DNA of 64,000 bases from a virus, in IMG/VR virus record IMGVR_UViG_3300035703_000041, positions 31,225-95,224 of that record; one strand, 5' to 3'. The position numbers were made by a program, and so were the translations under genes. Shown here piece by piece: positions 1-10,800 of this stretch. Under the pieces are notes generated by a model. It made no database searches, was not told the DNA's origin, and saw only the letters and a list, made by a program, of their open reading frames with translations. The number at the start of each line of letters is the position of its first letter. Position 1 is the first letter of the stretch.

Positions 1-81
1 TCAATTCCAAACAATTTGACTAATGAACAAATTGATTTAGTAAAAAAGATCGTTGACATACAAAACGGTTTAAATACTTAA
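1..81 (+). CDS. 3' end of a gene truncated by the window edge, probably a DnaJ-class chaperone
   Basis: Frame 1 reads SIPNNLTNEQIDLVKKIVDIQNGLNT*, resembling the P-x-x-L-T-x-E-Q C-terminus of DnaJ proteins; directly upstream of clpA. Confidence 0.45.
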   Translation, partial: SIPNNLTNEQIDLVKKIVDIQNGLNT

Positions 82-97
82 TAGTACAATATATCGC

Positions 98-127
98 TTG
101 ACACTGTGTAAATCTGTACTATATTAT
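98..127 (+). promoter_or_regulatory. sigma70-type promoter for clpA
   Basis: TTGACA at 98-103 with TATATT/TATTAT at 120-127; GGAG SD before the TTG start at 156. Confidence 0.55.
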
Positions 128-155
128 ACATAACAACTTTAATGGAGAAAAACAG

Positions 156-2426
156 TTGGCACTTCAAAATAATCCAGAAATTGATCGGATCGTAGCACAT
201 GCTATTGATATTGCAAAAGCCGCTAGCCATAAACTAGTTACAACGGAACATTTGGCACTAGCATTAATTGTCAACGAAGGCTTTAGAAATGTCATTGAAG
301 ATGCCGGTGTTGATCAAAATTCGCTAGTTGATGAGATTTCTAAACACCTAGCACAACAAACTCACCTTATGGGCGATGCAGTAGAACAGCCAAATAAAAC
401 ACATGCACTTGAACGTGTATTCAATCGAGCATTTACACAAGTTCTGTTTAGCAATCGTCAAGTAATGCAACCAGTTGACTTGTATCTAAGTCTTAGCAAT
501 GAGACTGATAGTTGGGCTGCATACTTCTTTACCAAATATGGTATGGAAAAGTCTAAGATTGTAACTTCGCATAATAACAAAAATGCGCGTGGCGGTAATT
601 TAGATTCTTCTGGTGCGGATGCAATTCTAAAAGAGTATTGTACTGATCTAAATGAACTTGCTGAGAATAACGAAATCGATCCAGTTATTGGTCGCGAAAA
701 CGAACTTACTGAGATCGCACAGATCCTTGCACGTCGTAATAAAAACAACGTGCTTATGGTTGGTGATCCAGGTGTAGGCAAGACTGCAATTGCAGAAGGG
801 CTTGCACTTAACATTGTTAATAAAAATGTTCCAAAGTTCTTAAAAGACTGGCGTGTCTATAACTTGGACATTGGTACATTACTTGCTGGATCTAAATTCC
901 GTGGTGAGTTTGAAGAAAAGCTACGTGAAGTAATTAACGCTCTAAGTAAGAAGGGTAAGTCTATTCTATTCGTAGATGAAGCGCACCAAATGCGCGGAGC
1001 CGGTTCAGGCGGACACAGCGATGTTGACTTCTCTAACATGATTAAGCCAGCTCTTGCAAAAGGTAAGATCAAAGTTATTGCCTCAACTACGTGGGAAGAA
1101 TACAGCACAAGCTTTGAAAAGGATCGCGCACTTATGCGTCGTTTCCATAGGCTTACTGTTGATGAACCTACTCCTGTACATGCTAAGGAAATCCTAAAAG
1201 GATTACGTCCTTACTTTGAGAAGTTCCACACTGCTACAATTACAGATGATGCTATTGAAGCAGCAGTTGATCTTAGTGTTCGTTATCAAAGCGATAAGAA
1301 GCTACCAGACAAGGCACTTGACTTAATCGACAGTGCTTGTGCTCGTGAGAAAGTAAAAGATCACAAGAATTTTGCTGTTACACGTGGCATGATTGTTGAT
1401 GAGATTAGTACTGCAACAAAGATTCCAATTAGCCAAATTGATGCTAAGAGTGATGAAGTTGCTGTTGATCTTGAAGGTGCAATTAAGTCTAAGCTGTACG
1501 GACAAGATGCAGCAGTAGACAATGTACTTGAAAAGGTATATGTTGCTAAAGCTGGACTTAAGAGCATCAACAAGCCAATGGGTGTGTTCCTCTTCTTAGG
1601 ACCAACTGGTACAGGTAAGACTGAGCTTGCTAAGTTGCTTGGTGAAAACATGGGCATGAAGCTACTACGCTATGACATGGGCGAATACCAAGAGAAGCAT
1701 AGCGTTGCAAGGCTTATTGGTGCACCTCCAGGATATGTAGGATATGATGACGGTAACTTAGGTGGTGGTTTGCTAATTAGCGAAATTACTAAAAACCCAA
1801 ACGCAATTATCCTCTTTGACGAAGTGGAAAAGGCACATCCTGATGTTATGACAGCACTGCTTGCTCTCATGGACGAGGGTATGGTAACCGGATCAAACGG
1901 TAAGAAAGCTGATGCACGTAATTGTCTTGTTATTATGACAAGCAATCTGGGTGCTCAGGAGAGCGAGAAGAACAGCATCGGTTTTGGATCTCCTGAAAAG
2001 AAGGGAGAGGACGATAAGGCGGTGCAGCAGTACTTCCGCCCAGAATTCCGCAACCGTTTAGATGGTATTGTTAAGTTTGGTAAGCTTGATCAAATGAGCT
2101 TGCGTAAAATCGTAGCTAAGTTCATTGTTGAGATTAATGAACTGCTTGGTGATCGTGGTATTAAACTACGTCTTGATGAACCAGTAGTTGATTTAATTAT
2201 TGAACAGGGCTATGATGCTAAGATGGGTGCGCGTCCTATTAGTCGTAAGATTAATGAACTCGTAAAAGTTCCACTTAGCCGCAAAATTCTCTTTGATAAG
2301 ATCCCTGCAGGTGTTACACTTGTAGCGAAGCTTACTGATGGTAAAATTGAATTTGTACAACATGACGACAACAAAGTGGTAGGAGATGATGGAATTATCC
2401 GCGTTGATGGCTCGGTTACAATCTAA
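156..2426 (+). CDS. clpA: ATP-dependent Clp protease ATP-binding subunit (ClpA type)
   Basis: Clp-N domain, two AAA+ modules (GDPGVGKT, GPTGTGKT; Walker B FVDE and LFDEVEKAH), ClpP-docking IGF loop (NSIGFG), no ClpB middle coiled coil. Confidence 0.93.
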   Translation: MALQNNPEIDRIVAHAIDIAKAASHKLVTTEHLALALIVNEGFRNVIEDAGVDQNSLVDEISKHLAQQTHLMGDAVEQPNKTHALERVFNRAFTQVLFSNRQVMQPVDLYLSLSNETDSWAAYFFTKYGMEKSKIVTSHNNKNARGGNLDSSGADAILKEYCTDLNELAENNEIDPVIGRENELTEIAQILARRNKNNVLMVGDPGVGKTAIAEGLALNIVNKNVPKFLKDWRVYNLDIGTLLAGSKFRGEFEEKLREVINALSKKGKSILFVDEAHQMRGAGSGGHSDVDFSNMIKPALAKGKIKVIASTTWEEYSTSFEKDRALMRRFHRLTVDEPTPVHAKEILKGLRPYFEKFHTATITDDAIEAAVDLSVRYQSDKKLPDKALDLIDSACAREKVKDHKNFAVTRGMIVDEISTATKIPISQIDAKSDEVAVDLEGAIKSKLYGQDAAVDNVLEKVYVAKAGLKSINKPMGVFLFLGPTGTGKTELAKLLGENMGMKLLRYDMGEYQEKHSVARLIGAPPGYVGYDDGNLGGGLLISEITKNPNAIILFDEVEKAHPDVMTALLALMDEGMVTGSNGKKADARNCLVIMTSNLGAQESEKNSIGFGSPEKKGEDDKAVQQYFRPEFRNRLDGIVKFGKLDQMSLRKIVAKFIVEINELLGDRGIKLRLDEPVVDLIIEQGYDAKMGARPISRKINELVKVPLSRKILFDKIPAGVTLVAKLTDGKIEFVQHDDNKVVGDDGIIRVDGSVTI

Positions 2427-3090
2427 GGGAGTCGAGGTCTCCCTTAGACCTAACTTTAAAAAGTACTACAATAGATTTCCTCAAGTTATTCGTTTAAATG
2501 ATAGAATAAATCAAGGCAATAGCCGTAATGGGTATTTGATTCACCAACATTTATCTAAACGTGTCTATGAAGATCTAAACAAAAAATTAACTAAAGAGGA
2601 TTTTCGTTCTCGTCACGAATATTATGAATTAGTTATCTTTTGTTACGATGCAAAAAAGGTGTTATCATCAATAAAAATGGACACACTTAAAGAATTTAAT
2701 ACGATCACTATTGGTATTATGGAAGATAAAGTTTTTGAAGAATCAAAAACTAAAGTTGATCTTCCACGAGCTCAAACTGTAGTAGTTAAAAAACTACCAC
2801 ACAAGGGATATCGTTATCGTGTGTTTTGGCCAAAATCCGGCAAATTTAGAAAAATAGGCAAAGATGCACTTGGCGCAATTGTAGATCAAATTAACAATGA
2901 TCCACATACACGACCACTAAGTGGAGTTGCGACTGATTATTTGAAAAGAGGAAGCTATTATGGGGGCACTTACTTCTATACTAATAGCGAAGATTTGTTC
3001 TCAATTATTAGTTTAATTGATTCTCGCTTCATTGCTAAGATTGAAAAGTTTACTACAATTGAGGAACTAAATGAAAAAACAGCTAGCTGA
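2386..3090 (+). CDS. hypothetical protein
   Basis: 234-aa ORF with AGGAG SD, overlapping the clpA stop. Confidence 0.7.
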   Translation: MMELSALMARLQSKGVEVSLRPNFKKYYNRFPQVIRLNDRINQGNSRNGYLIHQHLSKRVYEDLNKKLTKEDFRSRHEYYELVIFCYDAKKVLSSIKMDTLKEFNTITIGIMEDKVFEESKTKVDLPRAQTVVVKKLPHKGYRYRVFWPKSGKFRKIGKDALGAIVDQINNDPHTRPLSGVATDYLKRGSYYGGTYFYTNSEDLFSIISLIDSRFIAKIEKFTTIEELNEKTAS

Positions 3091-3472
3091 AGCTCTTATC
3101 AATAAGGGTATTATGAAGCCCGGTACACTACTGTATGGTTATACACAAACATCTGGGCTAGGACAAACACTACAAACTCTTCCATTAGAATTAATGATGG
3201 AAGAGTTTGATGGAACTACATTTTATTGCAGAGATAGATTAGGAAAAAATTATACCATGCACATTAACGATGTACAAGAAGTTGATGGCATGGAACCAAC
3301 GCGATTAGCAAGTGTGTTCAATATTAAAGCAAATGGCGAAAATAAAATTGCTGGTAAAAAGCGTGGACGTAAACCTAAAGTAAAAACTACGCAGTTAATG
3401 GAAATAAATACTGTGGAGGGAGAAATCCATGGCAAAGATAAACGAACAGAAGATAACATTCACATTGAGTAA
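3071..3472 (+). CDS. hypothetical protein with AT-hook-like KKRGRKPK motif
   Basis: ORF with GAGGA SD and a basic motif. Confidence 0.7.
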   Translation: MKKQLAEALINKGIMKPGTLLYGYTQTSGLGQTLQTLPLELMMEEFDGTTFYCRDRLGKNYTMHINDVQEVDGMEPTRLASVFNIKANGENKIAGKKRGRKPKVKTTQLMEINTVEGEIHGKDKRTEDNIHIE

Positions 3473-3587
3473 GTTAGTACGCAACGGTGAAGAAAACGAT
3501 GCAATACTAGATGATGAGATGCTCGCAACCTTATTCCAAGCGTTACAGGAAATGGTTGGTAAAGAAGTTCTTATCGAACTTGAATAA
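3429..3587 (+). CDS. small hypothetical protein (52 aa, not in ORF track)
   Basis: MAKINEQKITFTLSKLVRNGEEND...VLIELE*; GGAG SD; fills the gap between neighbouring genes. Confidence 0.65.
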   Translation: MAKINEQKITFTLSKLVRNGEENDAILDDEMLATLFQALQEMVGKEVLIELE

Positions 3588-3597
3588 CAGGTAAACA

Positions 3598-4428
3598 ATG
3601 ACAGAAGAAGTAAATCAAAATCTTTCACCTGAGGAAGCGCAAAAGCAAGCTATAGAAAGATTACAAAAGATTCATATCCATTTTGGTACTCCTTGTTATG
3701 GTGGTAACATTATGGAACCATGCTTTGCAAGCTATTTAAGATTTTCAATGTTAGCAATGAAGTATGGTATTAACTTCAGTGTTGATACTATGGTAAATGA
3801 AAGTCTTATTCCGCGAGGAAGAAATAACTTAGTAGCTAAGTTTTTAGCGAATGAAAAAGCCACACATCTAATGTGGATTGACGCAGACATTCGTTGGGAA
3901 CCAGAAGCTGTGCTACGCATGGCATTGTATAATGCCGGGGTAGTTTGTGGACTTTATCCTATGAAGGGTATCCCAATACGATATGTATTAAACTCGTTGC
4001 CTGGTGGAAGGCGCGTTGGTCCTTTATTAGAAGTATCAACATCTGGCACAGGGTTTATGTTAATTAAAAGAGAAATTATCGAACAGCTTATTGAAAAAAT
4101 GCCTGAAACAAAATACAAGGATAGTTTAAATTTAGGCAAACAATATGAGCCATATATGTATGCGCTGTTTGATACTATGATTGATGAAAATGGACATTAC
4201 TTAAGTGAAGATTGGACCTTCTGCAAACGTGTTCGAGAAAAACTTAATGTTCCAGTTTGGGTTGATACTGAAATTAAATTAGATCATTGCGGCACATACA
4301 CGTTCCCAGGTGATGTTGAAGTGATTAAAAAGCTTGCAGATGAATGGTCTGCAAACTTAAAAGATAATGCTGAACAGCTAAAAGCATATGAAAAAATAGA
4401 GTCAAATGCAAACAACCTTAAATCTTGA
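3598..4428 (+). CDS. GT-A fold glycosyltransferase-like protein
   Basis: TPCYGG, ESLIPRGRN, HLMWIDAD (DxD), GTGFMLIKR and LSEDWTFC motifs. Confidence 0.75.
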   Translation: MTEEVNQNLSPEEAQKQAIERLQKIHIHFGTPCYGGNIMEPCFASYLRFSMLAMKYGINFSVDTMVNESLIPRGRNNLVAKFLANEKATHLMWIDADIRWEPEAVLRMALYNAGVVCGLYPMKGIPIRYVLNSLPGGRRVGPLLEVSTSGTGFMLIKREIIEQLIEKMPETKYKDSLNLGKQYEPYMYALFDTMIDENGHYLSEDWTFCKRVREKLNVPVWVDTEIKLDHCGTYTFPGDVEVIKKLADEWSANLKDNAEQLKAYEKIESNANNLKS

Positions 4429-4840
4429 GCCAATTGAAATATCAATTGTTCTTTCAAGTACTTTTTGGAAGGATCCACCAAAAGTTCGAACGTATATAGA
4501 TGATAATTTAATATTTGATGGTGAAATAACTGATCAAAAAACTATCAAATGGGTTGGAGAACTAACAGAAGATAAGCATAAATTAGTTGTTGAATTATAT
4601 GGAAAAGATAAGTATCAAACTATTTTAGAAAATAATAAAATAGTAAAGGATCAACTTTTAAACATAGAATCTATTGAATTTGATGAAATAGAAATTGGAA
4701 ACTTAAAGCATTCATTATCAAACTATTACCCTGTTGATGTTCAAGAACCAATAAAAAATTGTGTAAATTTAGGATGGAATGGGCGGTGGGAATTTGAGTT
4801 TACTACACCCATTTACATTTGGTTACTTGAAAACATTTAA
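4406..4840 (+). CDS. hypothetical protein
   Basis: 144-aa ORF ending FTTPIYIWLLENI. Confidence 0.7.
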   Translation: MQTTLNLEPIEISIVLSSTFWKDPPKVRTYIDDNLIFDGEITDQKTIKWVGELTEDKHKLVVELYGKDKYQTILENNKIVKDQLLNIESIEFDEIEIGNLKHSLSNYYPVDVQEPIKNCVNLGWNGRWEFEFTTPIYIWLLENI

Positions 4841-4846
4841 TACAAA

Positions 4847-4852
4847 TAAATA
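4847..4852 (+). promoter_or_regulatory. T4-like late promoter core TAAATA
   Basis: Same hexamer lies just upstream of many late-type genes (12467, 14746, 15881, 24083 as full TATAAATA, 43812, 47223, 59546, 63867). Confidence 0.6.
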
Positions 4853-4878
4853 GTCTATATACATTAATGGGCTATTAA

Positions 4879-7800
4879 ATGATCAATAAAACAATACTAA
4901 ATGAGGGCGGCAATGTTGAAATAGATGGCATTGCTGCCCAACGTCTTGATTTAAACAAAGTTTCTCGCAGTGCTGTAGTTGCTGAAATAGATAAAGCACT
5001 ACAAATTATTAACAGCACATTTAATAAAGCATACGGAGTTCCTTTATGGAGCCCAGAATTAATAAAAAACAAAGAGTTTTTAAGTGGTAGTGCGTTTCAC
5101 TTCTTTAACGTAAAAATACCAGATGATCAATTCACTAAAGTTAAGTCTAGCGTTGGTGACATCGACACTATGGTTGATAAAGATTTAGCACAAAAAGCAA
5201 GTGACTTTTTAACTAAAGCAAAAGGCAAGCAGTTTGGACCAGCAAAGTTAGTTGGCTTTAAACCTAACCCAGGAATGGATACACTTATTAGTTTGTGGCA
5301 ATTCAACAATCCACCTGTGAATGTACAAATAGATATGGAACTTGTCGACTACGATAAAGGTAGTCCAACAGAGTGGAGCAAGTTTAGCCACAGTAGCGCA
5401 TGGGAAGATTTAAGTGTTGGTGTTAAAGGCGTATTCCACAAGTATCTATTGCGTTCGCTAACACATAAAGATGCTAAAGATCGCTACATTCAAATGAAAA
5501 CAAAGCTTAAAAAAGTTACAGCAGCGGATTTAGCGTTTGCTGTTTCAGGTGGCGTGCGTAATAAGTTTGAACCAGTAATTGATCCAAAAACTAAAAAAAC
5601 AGCAGTAGCACCAGACGGACTTCCAATATACAAGGAAGTGCCAGCAAGTGAAAGCAAGTATGTAACAGACATTAAAGGTATGTTTACACTTTTAATTGGA
5701 CGCAAACCAGTTAAAGGTGAAGAAAAATTATTGGGTAGTTTTGTTGGCGTACTATCTTTAATCAACAAATATTTTAGCAATGAAGATAAAGATAAAATCA
5801 CAAGTGCATTTATGGCATTAATATTTGGCCCTGCTGCTCAACAACTATACAAAGGTGATCCAGCAACAGATAAAAGAGAAAAAGAAATTGCTCTTAACAA
5901 AATGTTGGAAATTTTAAAAGTTAATGTTGATAAAGCAAGTTTAGCAAAAACTGTTGCAGATTATTATTCTAAGTATAAAGCTGAATCAATTACAGAAGCA
6001 GATGCACCAGACTATAAGCGTCAAGGCATCAAGCACATTTATAATCCTGGCTCAACTGTTGAAATGAAAGATGTTGACTTCTTAGCATTTATTGATGCAA
6101 TTGCTAAGAATGGTGGCACACTTGATAACATACCAATTACACTTAAAGTAGATGGTGCAGGTATACGCTTTGGACGAGATCAAAGTGATAAACCATTTTT
6201 TATGACTAGTCGTGTTACAAATCCAATTTACGCTGATAACGTTGGTATGTTTGAAAAGTACGCTAGAGATAATAATGGCAATGAAGAACAAATTGCTCGT
6301 GCTGAAAAGTATGATCAAGCATTAAGTTTAATTGTTAACAGCGACTTTATTAAAGTATTACCAAAAGACACAATTGTCCAAGCAGAAATGATGTACAATC
6401 CAATGGCTGAAAAGACAAGTGCTGGACTTAAGTTTGTAAACATCCCATATGATCCAAAGTTACTTGGTAAACAAATGACGCTTGTGCCAATTGTCGCAAG
6501 TACATATTCAACTGGCGAAGCATTACCAAACACAATTCTTCAAAAAGTAATAAGCAAGTCTACTCCTCAAATTAAAATACTTGGTACTGAGTTACAGCAT
6601 AGCGATATTGATGTAAAAAATATTGTTGAACCAATTGCTAAGATGGATGATACGCTTCGTGCTGCGTTAGCAAGTAGGAAGAAAAATGATCCAGCAAAAG
6701 CAAAAGCAAAAGAAATACTAACAACAGCACGCAAGGCAATTAGTGATGCAATCATTAATAGCCCTAACATTAAAGGTAAAGATAAGCTAGGTAAGACTAT
6801 TGAAGGTTTAGTTATTGCTATGCCAAATGGTCAACTTGCTAAAGTTACCAGTAGCGAAATGAAAGGTGCAATGGCTGCAAAAGCTATTAAGAAAGCACCA
6901 ACAACAGGCAGCAATAGAACTAAAGCTGCTATTGTTACTGCTGGTAGCTTTGTTGGCCACATAGGTCATCAAAAAGTTGTTGATACTGTTATTAACTTTG
7001 CTAAAAAAGTTGGCGGTGACCCGTACATTTACATTAGCAGTAAAGTGGGACCAGATGATCCTATTCCACCAGAAGTAAAATTAGCTACTTGGAAGAAAAT
7101 GTATCCAGAGTATGCAAAAAGTTTCCAACTAATTGTAAGCCCAGATGGTGTAACTGTTCCAAGTCCAGTTAAAAAGATTGAAAAAGAATTAGTACTACCA
7201 GCAAACAGTCCTTACAAAAAGATTGTATTAATGGTTGGTACTGATCGTTATGAAGGTTTCAAGAAGTGGATGGATACTCTTGAAAAGCGTATGAAGGATC
7301 CAGTAGCATTAGCAAAATATGGTGGAACACAAGATCAAGTTGATTACGAAACTATTGCTATACCACGCGGCGCAGCATTAGGTGGTATTGATGCAAGCTT
7401 CACACAACTACGCAATACATTAAAAGATCCTAATCTTTCACTAAAAGAAAAGTTAGCTGTTTGGTCAAAAGGATTTGGTGGAAAGCTAGACGAAGATTGG
7501 ATCAAAAAGTTAATGATGCTTTCTGCTCAAGGCATGGGAATTAAGTTAGGAGAAGCTAAATCACCATGGGATAAAATGGTTAGAGCTGTTCCCAAACTAA
7601 AAGGACATGAAGATAGAGTTAACGATATATTAAAAGCAATTAAGCAAGCAAATGCAGAATATCAAGCAATACTTGATAAAGAAAAAAATCCATTAAAAGA
7701 AGATGATGATCTAAATGTCCGTTTCCATGATACATTAAATCCAGCACTATTTAGAAATAACAAGATGAGTCCTATCGTAAGAGAAAAGCTGCTAAAAATA

Positions 7801-10800
7801 GCAGAGGACTTTAAGGATAGTTTAGGTGTTAAGTTACCAAATCTAAAAGACATTACTGTAAGTGGCAGTAATGCTGCATTCACTTATACACCAAAAAGTG
7901 ATATTGATCTACACTTAGTTGTTGATTTACCTGAAGCAGATGGCGATGCTACTTATAGGGAATTGTTTGATGCTAAGAAGTTCCAATACAACGAGCAGCA
8001 TGACTACAAGATTAAAGAATACGATGTAGAACTTTATGTGCAAAATGCAAATGATGAACATGTAAGTCAAGGTATCTACAGTGTAATGAATGATGCTTGG
8101 ATTAAAGAACCACAACCAGTAAGTGGCGAGTACGATGAAGACAGCACACGCGCCAAATATGATCAAATAAAGTATCTCATACAAAAAGCATTAACTGTAA
8201 GAGATTATGCTTTAGCAGACAAGCTACGTCGAACTATTAAAAAGTATCGTCAAGTTGGGTTACATTCAACTGGTGAGTTTGGTCCTGAAAATCTTGCATT
8301 CAAAGCATTGCGTGCTAATGGCTACATTAAGAAACTGTATGAGTTATTAAATGATATTAAGGACAAAGAGTTTAGTTTAGAGAGTAACGATCAACGATTA
8401 CTTGAAATTGATATGAGTCCAGGAGCACTCAAAAAGTTCTCAACTACTGAGATTGCAAAGTCAACTAGTGTTGGTTTTGAGTTTGAAATGATCGTACCTA
8501 ACATGATAGATGACGGCAGTGAAAGTGAACCAGATTACGATTATGATGAATATGTAACAGATTCAACTGTTACTGCTATGCAAGATGATTTAATTAGATT
8601 CTTTAGAGATACTGAAACAAGTACAGCAATTAAACGAGCAGTTGAAGAAGTATCAGATGAAATAAATGATTTTATTTTAATGGAGTTTGATGGTGAATTA
8701 GATTCTGTAGATCAGCAGAGACGATTAAGAGAATTGTATAAAGCAGATACTTCACTCGAAGATGATGAAATAGAAAAGAGCATTGAAGATCAAGATAGCA
8801 CTTATGACGAAGTATTAAGTTCTTTGAGAGATGAGTATATGGAAGACTGGGACAATCTAAGTGGATTCTTAGAATATAACAGTCTTGAAATGATGTCTGA
8901 ATGGGCTAGTAGATTTAATTGGGAATGGCCACACTACACTGAAGCTGGCAGCGATGAAGTCGACGAACAAGCAATGCGTGAAGTAGCAGATGAAATCAAA
9001 AACGCTGTTAGTATGTCAGTTAGGTCTTCTCCTAATTATCATGCATTTAAGAAAAATAGAGAATCTGGTGTTTGGTATTTAGAAACTGATAGTTCAATTA
9101 ATGCTGATGAAAGTTCTGGTGAAGGTGGACTAGAATTAGTAAGTCCTCCATTGCCACTTGAGCAAGCATTAGAAAAGTTAGATGCAGTTCTAAATTGGAT
9201 GCAGAGATACGGCGCATATACTGATAGTTCAACTGGGTTCCATATGGGTGTAAGCATTCCGCAAATGGAAAATGTTGACTACATTAAGTTAATATTATTC
9301 CTAGGTGACAAATATGTATTAGATCAATTTGGTCGTTTAGGCAATTCATACACCCGCAGCGCACTAGATAAGATGGAAGTACAAAATGTTCCATATGTTA
9401 TGAAAAACATGCCAACTGTATTTGATGCTCTAAAAGGTGGATTAAACAAAGCAGCATTAAAAATGCTTGAATCAGCTCTTGTACCTCGAGGAGACAAATA
9501 TACTAGCGTAAACATTAAGGGCAGCACAACACCTAGTGGAGACATCAAGGATAATTACATTGAATTCCGTAGTGCTGGTGGAGATTACTTAGAAGCGATT
9601 GAAAAGATTAAAAATACACTATTGCGTTATGTTCGTGTAATGGCGCTTGCTGCTGATCCAAATGAAGCAAAGGAAGAGTATGCTAAGAAACTCTACAAGA
9701 TGCTATACAATGCTCAAAGCAATAAAAATGAAGATAATGTAGTTAGATTGTTTAGTATGTTTGCTAGCGGCAATATTTCAAAAGCAGAACTTGTAATGAA
9801 GCTTAAGGCAAAACAAGAATTAAGATTGGCAAAGAAAAGAGGCCCAATTGATTACGCAGTCTTAGATAGGAATAGCGATCCTATTACTATAGTTAAAGCA
9901 ATTAACAATAGCGAAGCTTTAACAAAAGGAATAGAATGGGAAAGAAGCAACCCAGTATCTGGCGGTGTGAGAGGTGTAAGATTAGCGACACTAGACGATA
10001 TAAAAGCTGTAGCTAATAGAAATACTGAAGGACAATGGCAACGTTGGAATGTTTATGGACACGAAGGACAAATCTTTACTAGTGTTTCAGCTCGCAATCG
10101 TCAAGAAGCAAGTCAACTTGCACTACGCTGGGGAAGAGAAAACGATAGTGTTATTTCTCATGTTACTCCTGAATCTGAGGATGAATTTGCAGCACTACAT
10201 AGAACAGAATCAAAAGAAGTTGTAACTGAACTTGCTAACAAGCCATACCCTTTTAAAACACAAGGCAATAAAAAGCATTTTCAAGCTCGTTTCGTAACAG
10301 ACAACAAACTAGTGTATAATGTTATGATTTTGGTCCCTCTTGAAGATTTTGAACCAAATAAAGCAGAAATAGAATTTTTCTCTGAAAATGAAGATGTTTT
10401 AAGAGGACATAAAATAACTGGAACTGGTGATTCTTTTAAAGTATTTGCGACTGTGTTAGAAATAATAAAAGCTTATCTAACAAAGCACAAAACAATCAAC
10501 GAATTTGAATTTGGTGCTAACAAAAGTGAACCGTCCCGTGTAAAGTTGTATGACACTATGGCAAAAATGTTACCAAAATATATTAATAATTTCAAATTTT
10601 TCAATAAGTATCCAAATAACTATAACGGATTCGCGTACCATTTTGTAAAAGTCAAAAAACCAACTACAGTAAAAGAAAATGAATTTGTAACTGAACTTGC
10701 TAATAAACCATATGAATATGATTTAGAAAGCGATAGCAGAGTTCTTCGTGCTACCTTTAAAACAGATGCTGGTCAACCTTATAGAATTTATATCGTAAAA

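Noticed and set aside
156-2426. Bacterial chromosomal origin suggested by clpA, clpP, folE and que genes
   Set aside because: Family B polymerase, T4-like RNase H, late promoters, fibre genes and dense small hypothetical ORFs indicate a phage; no rRNA or ribosomal protein genes are present
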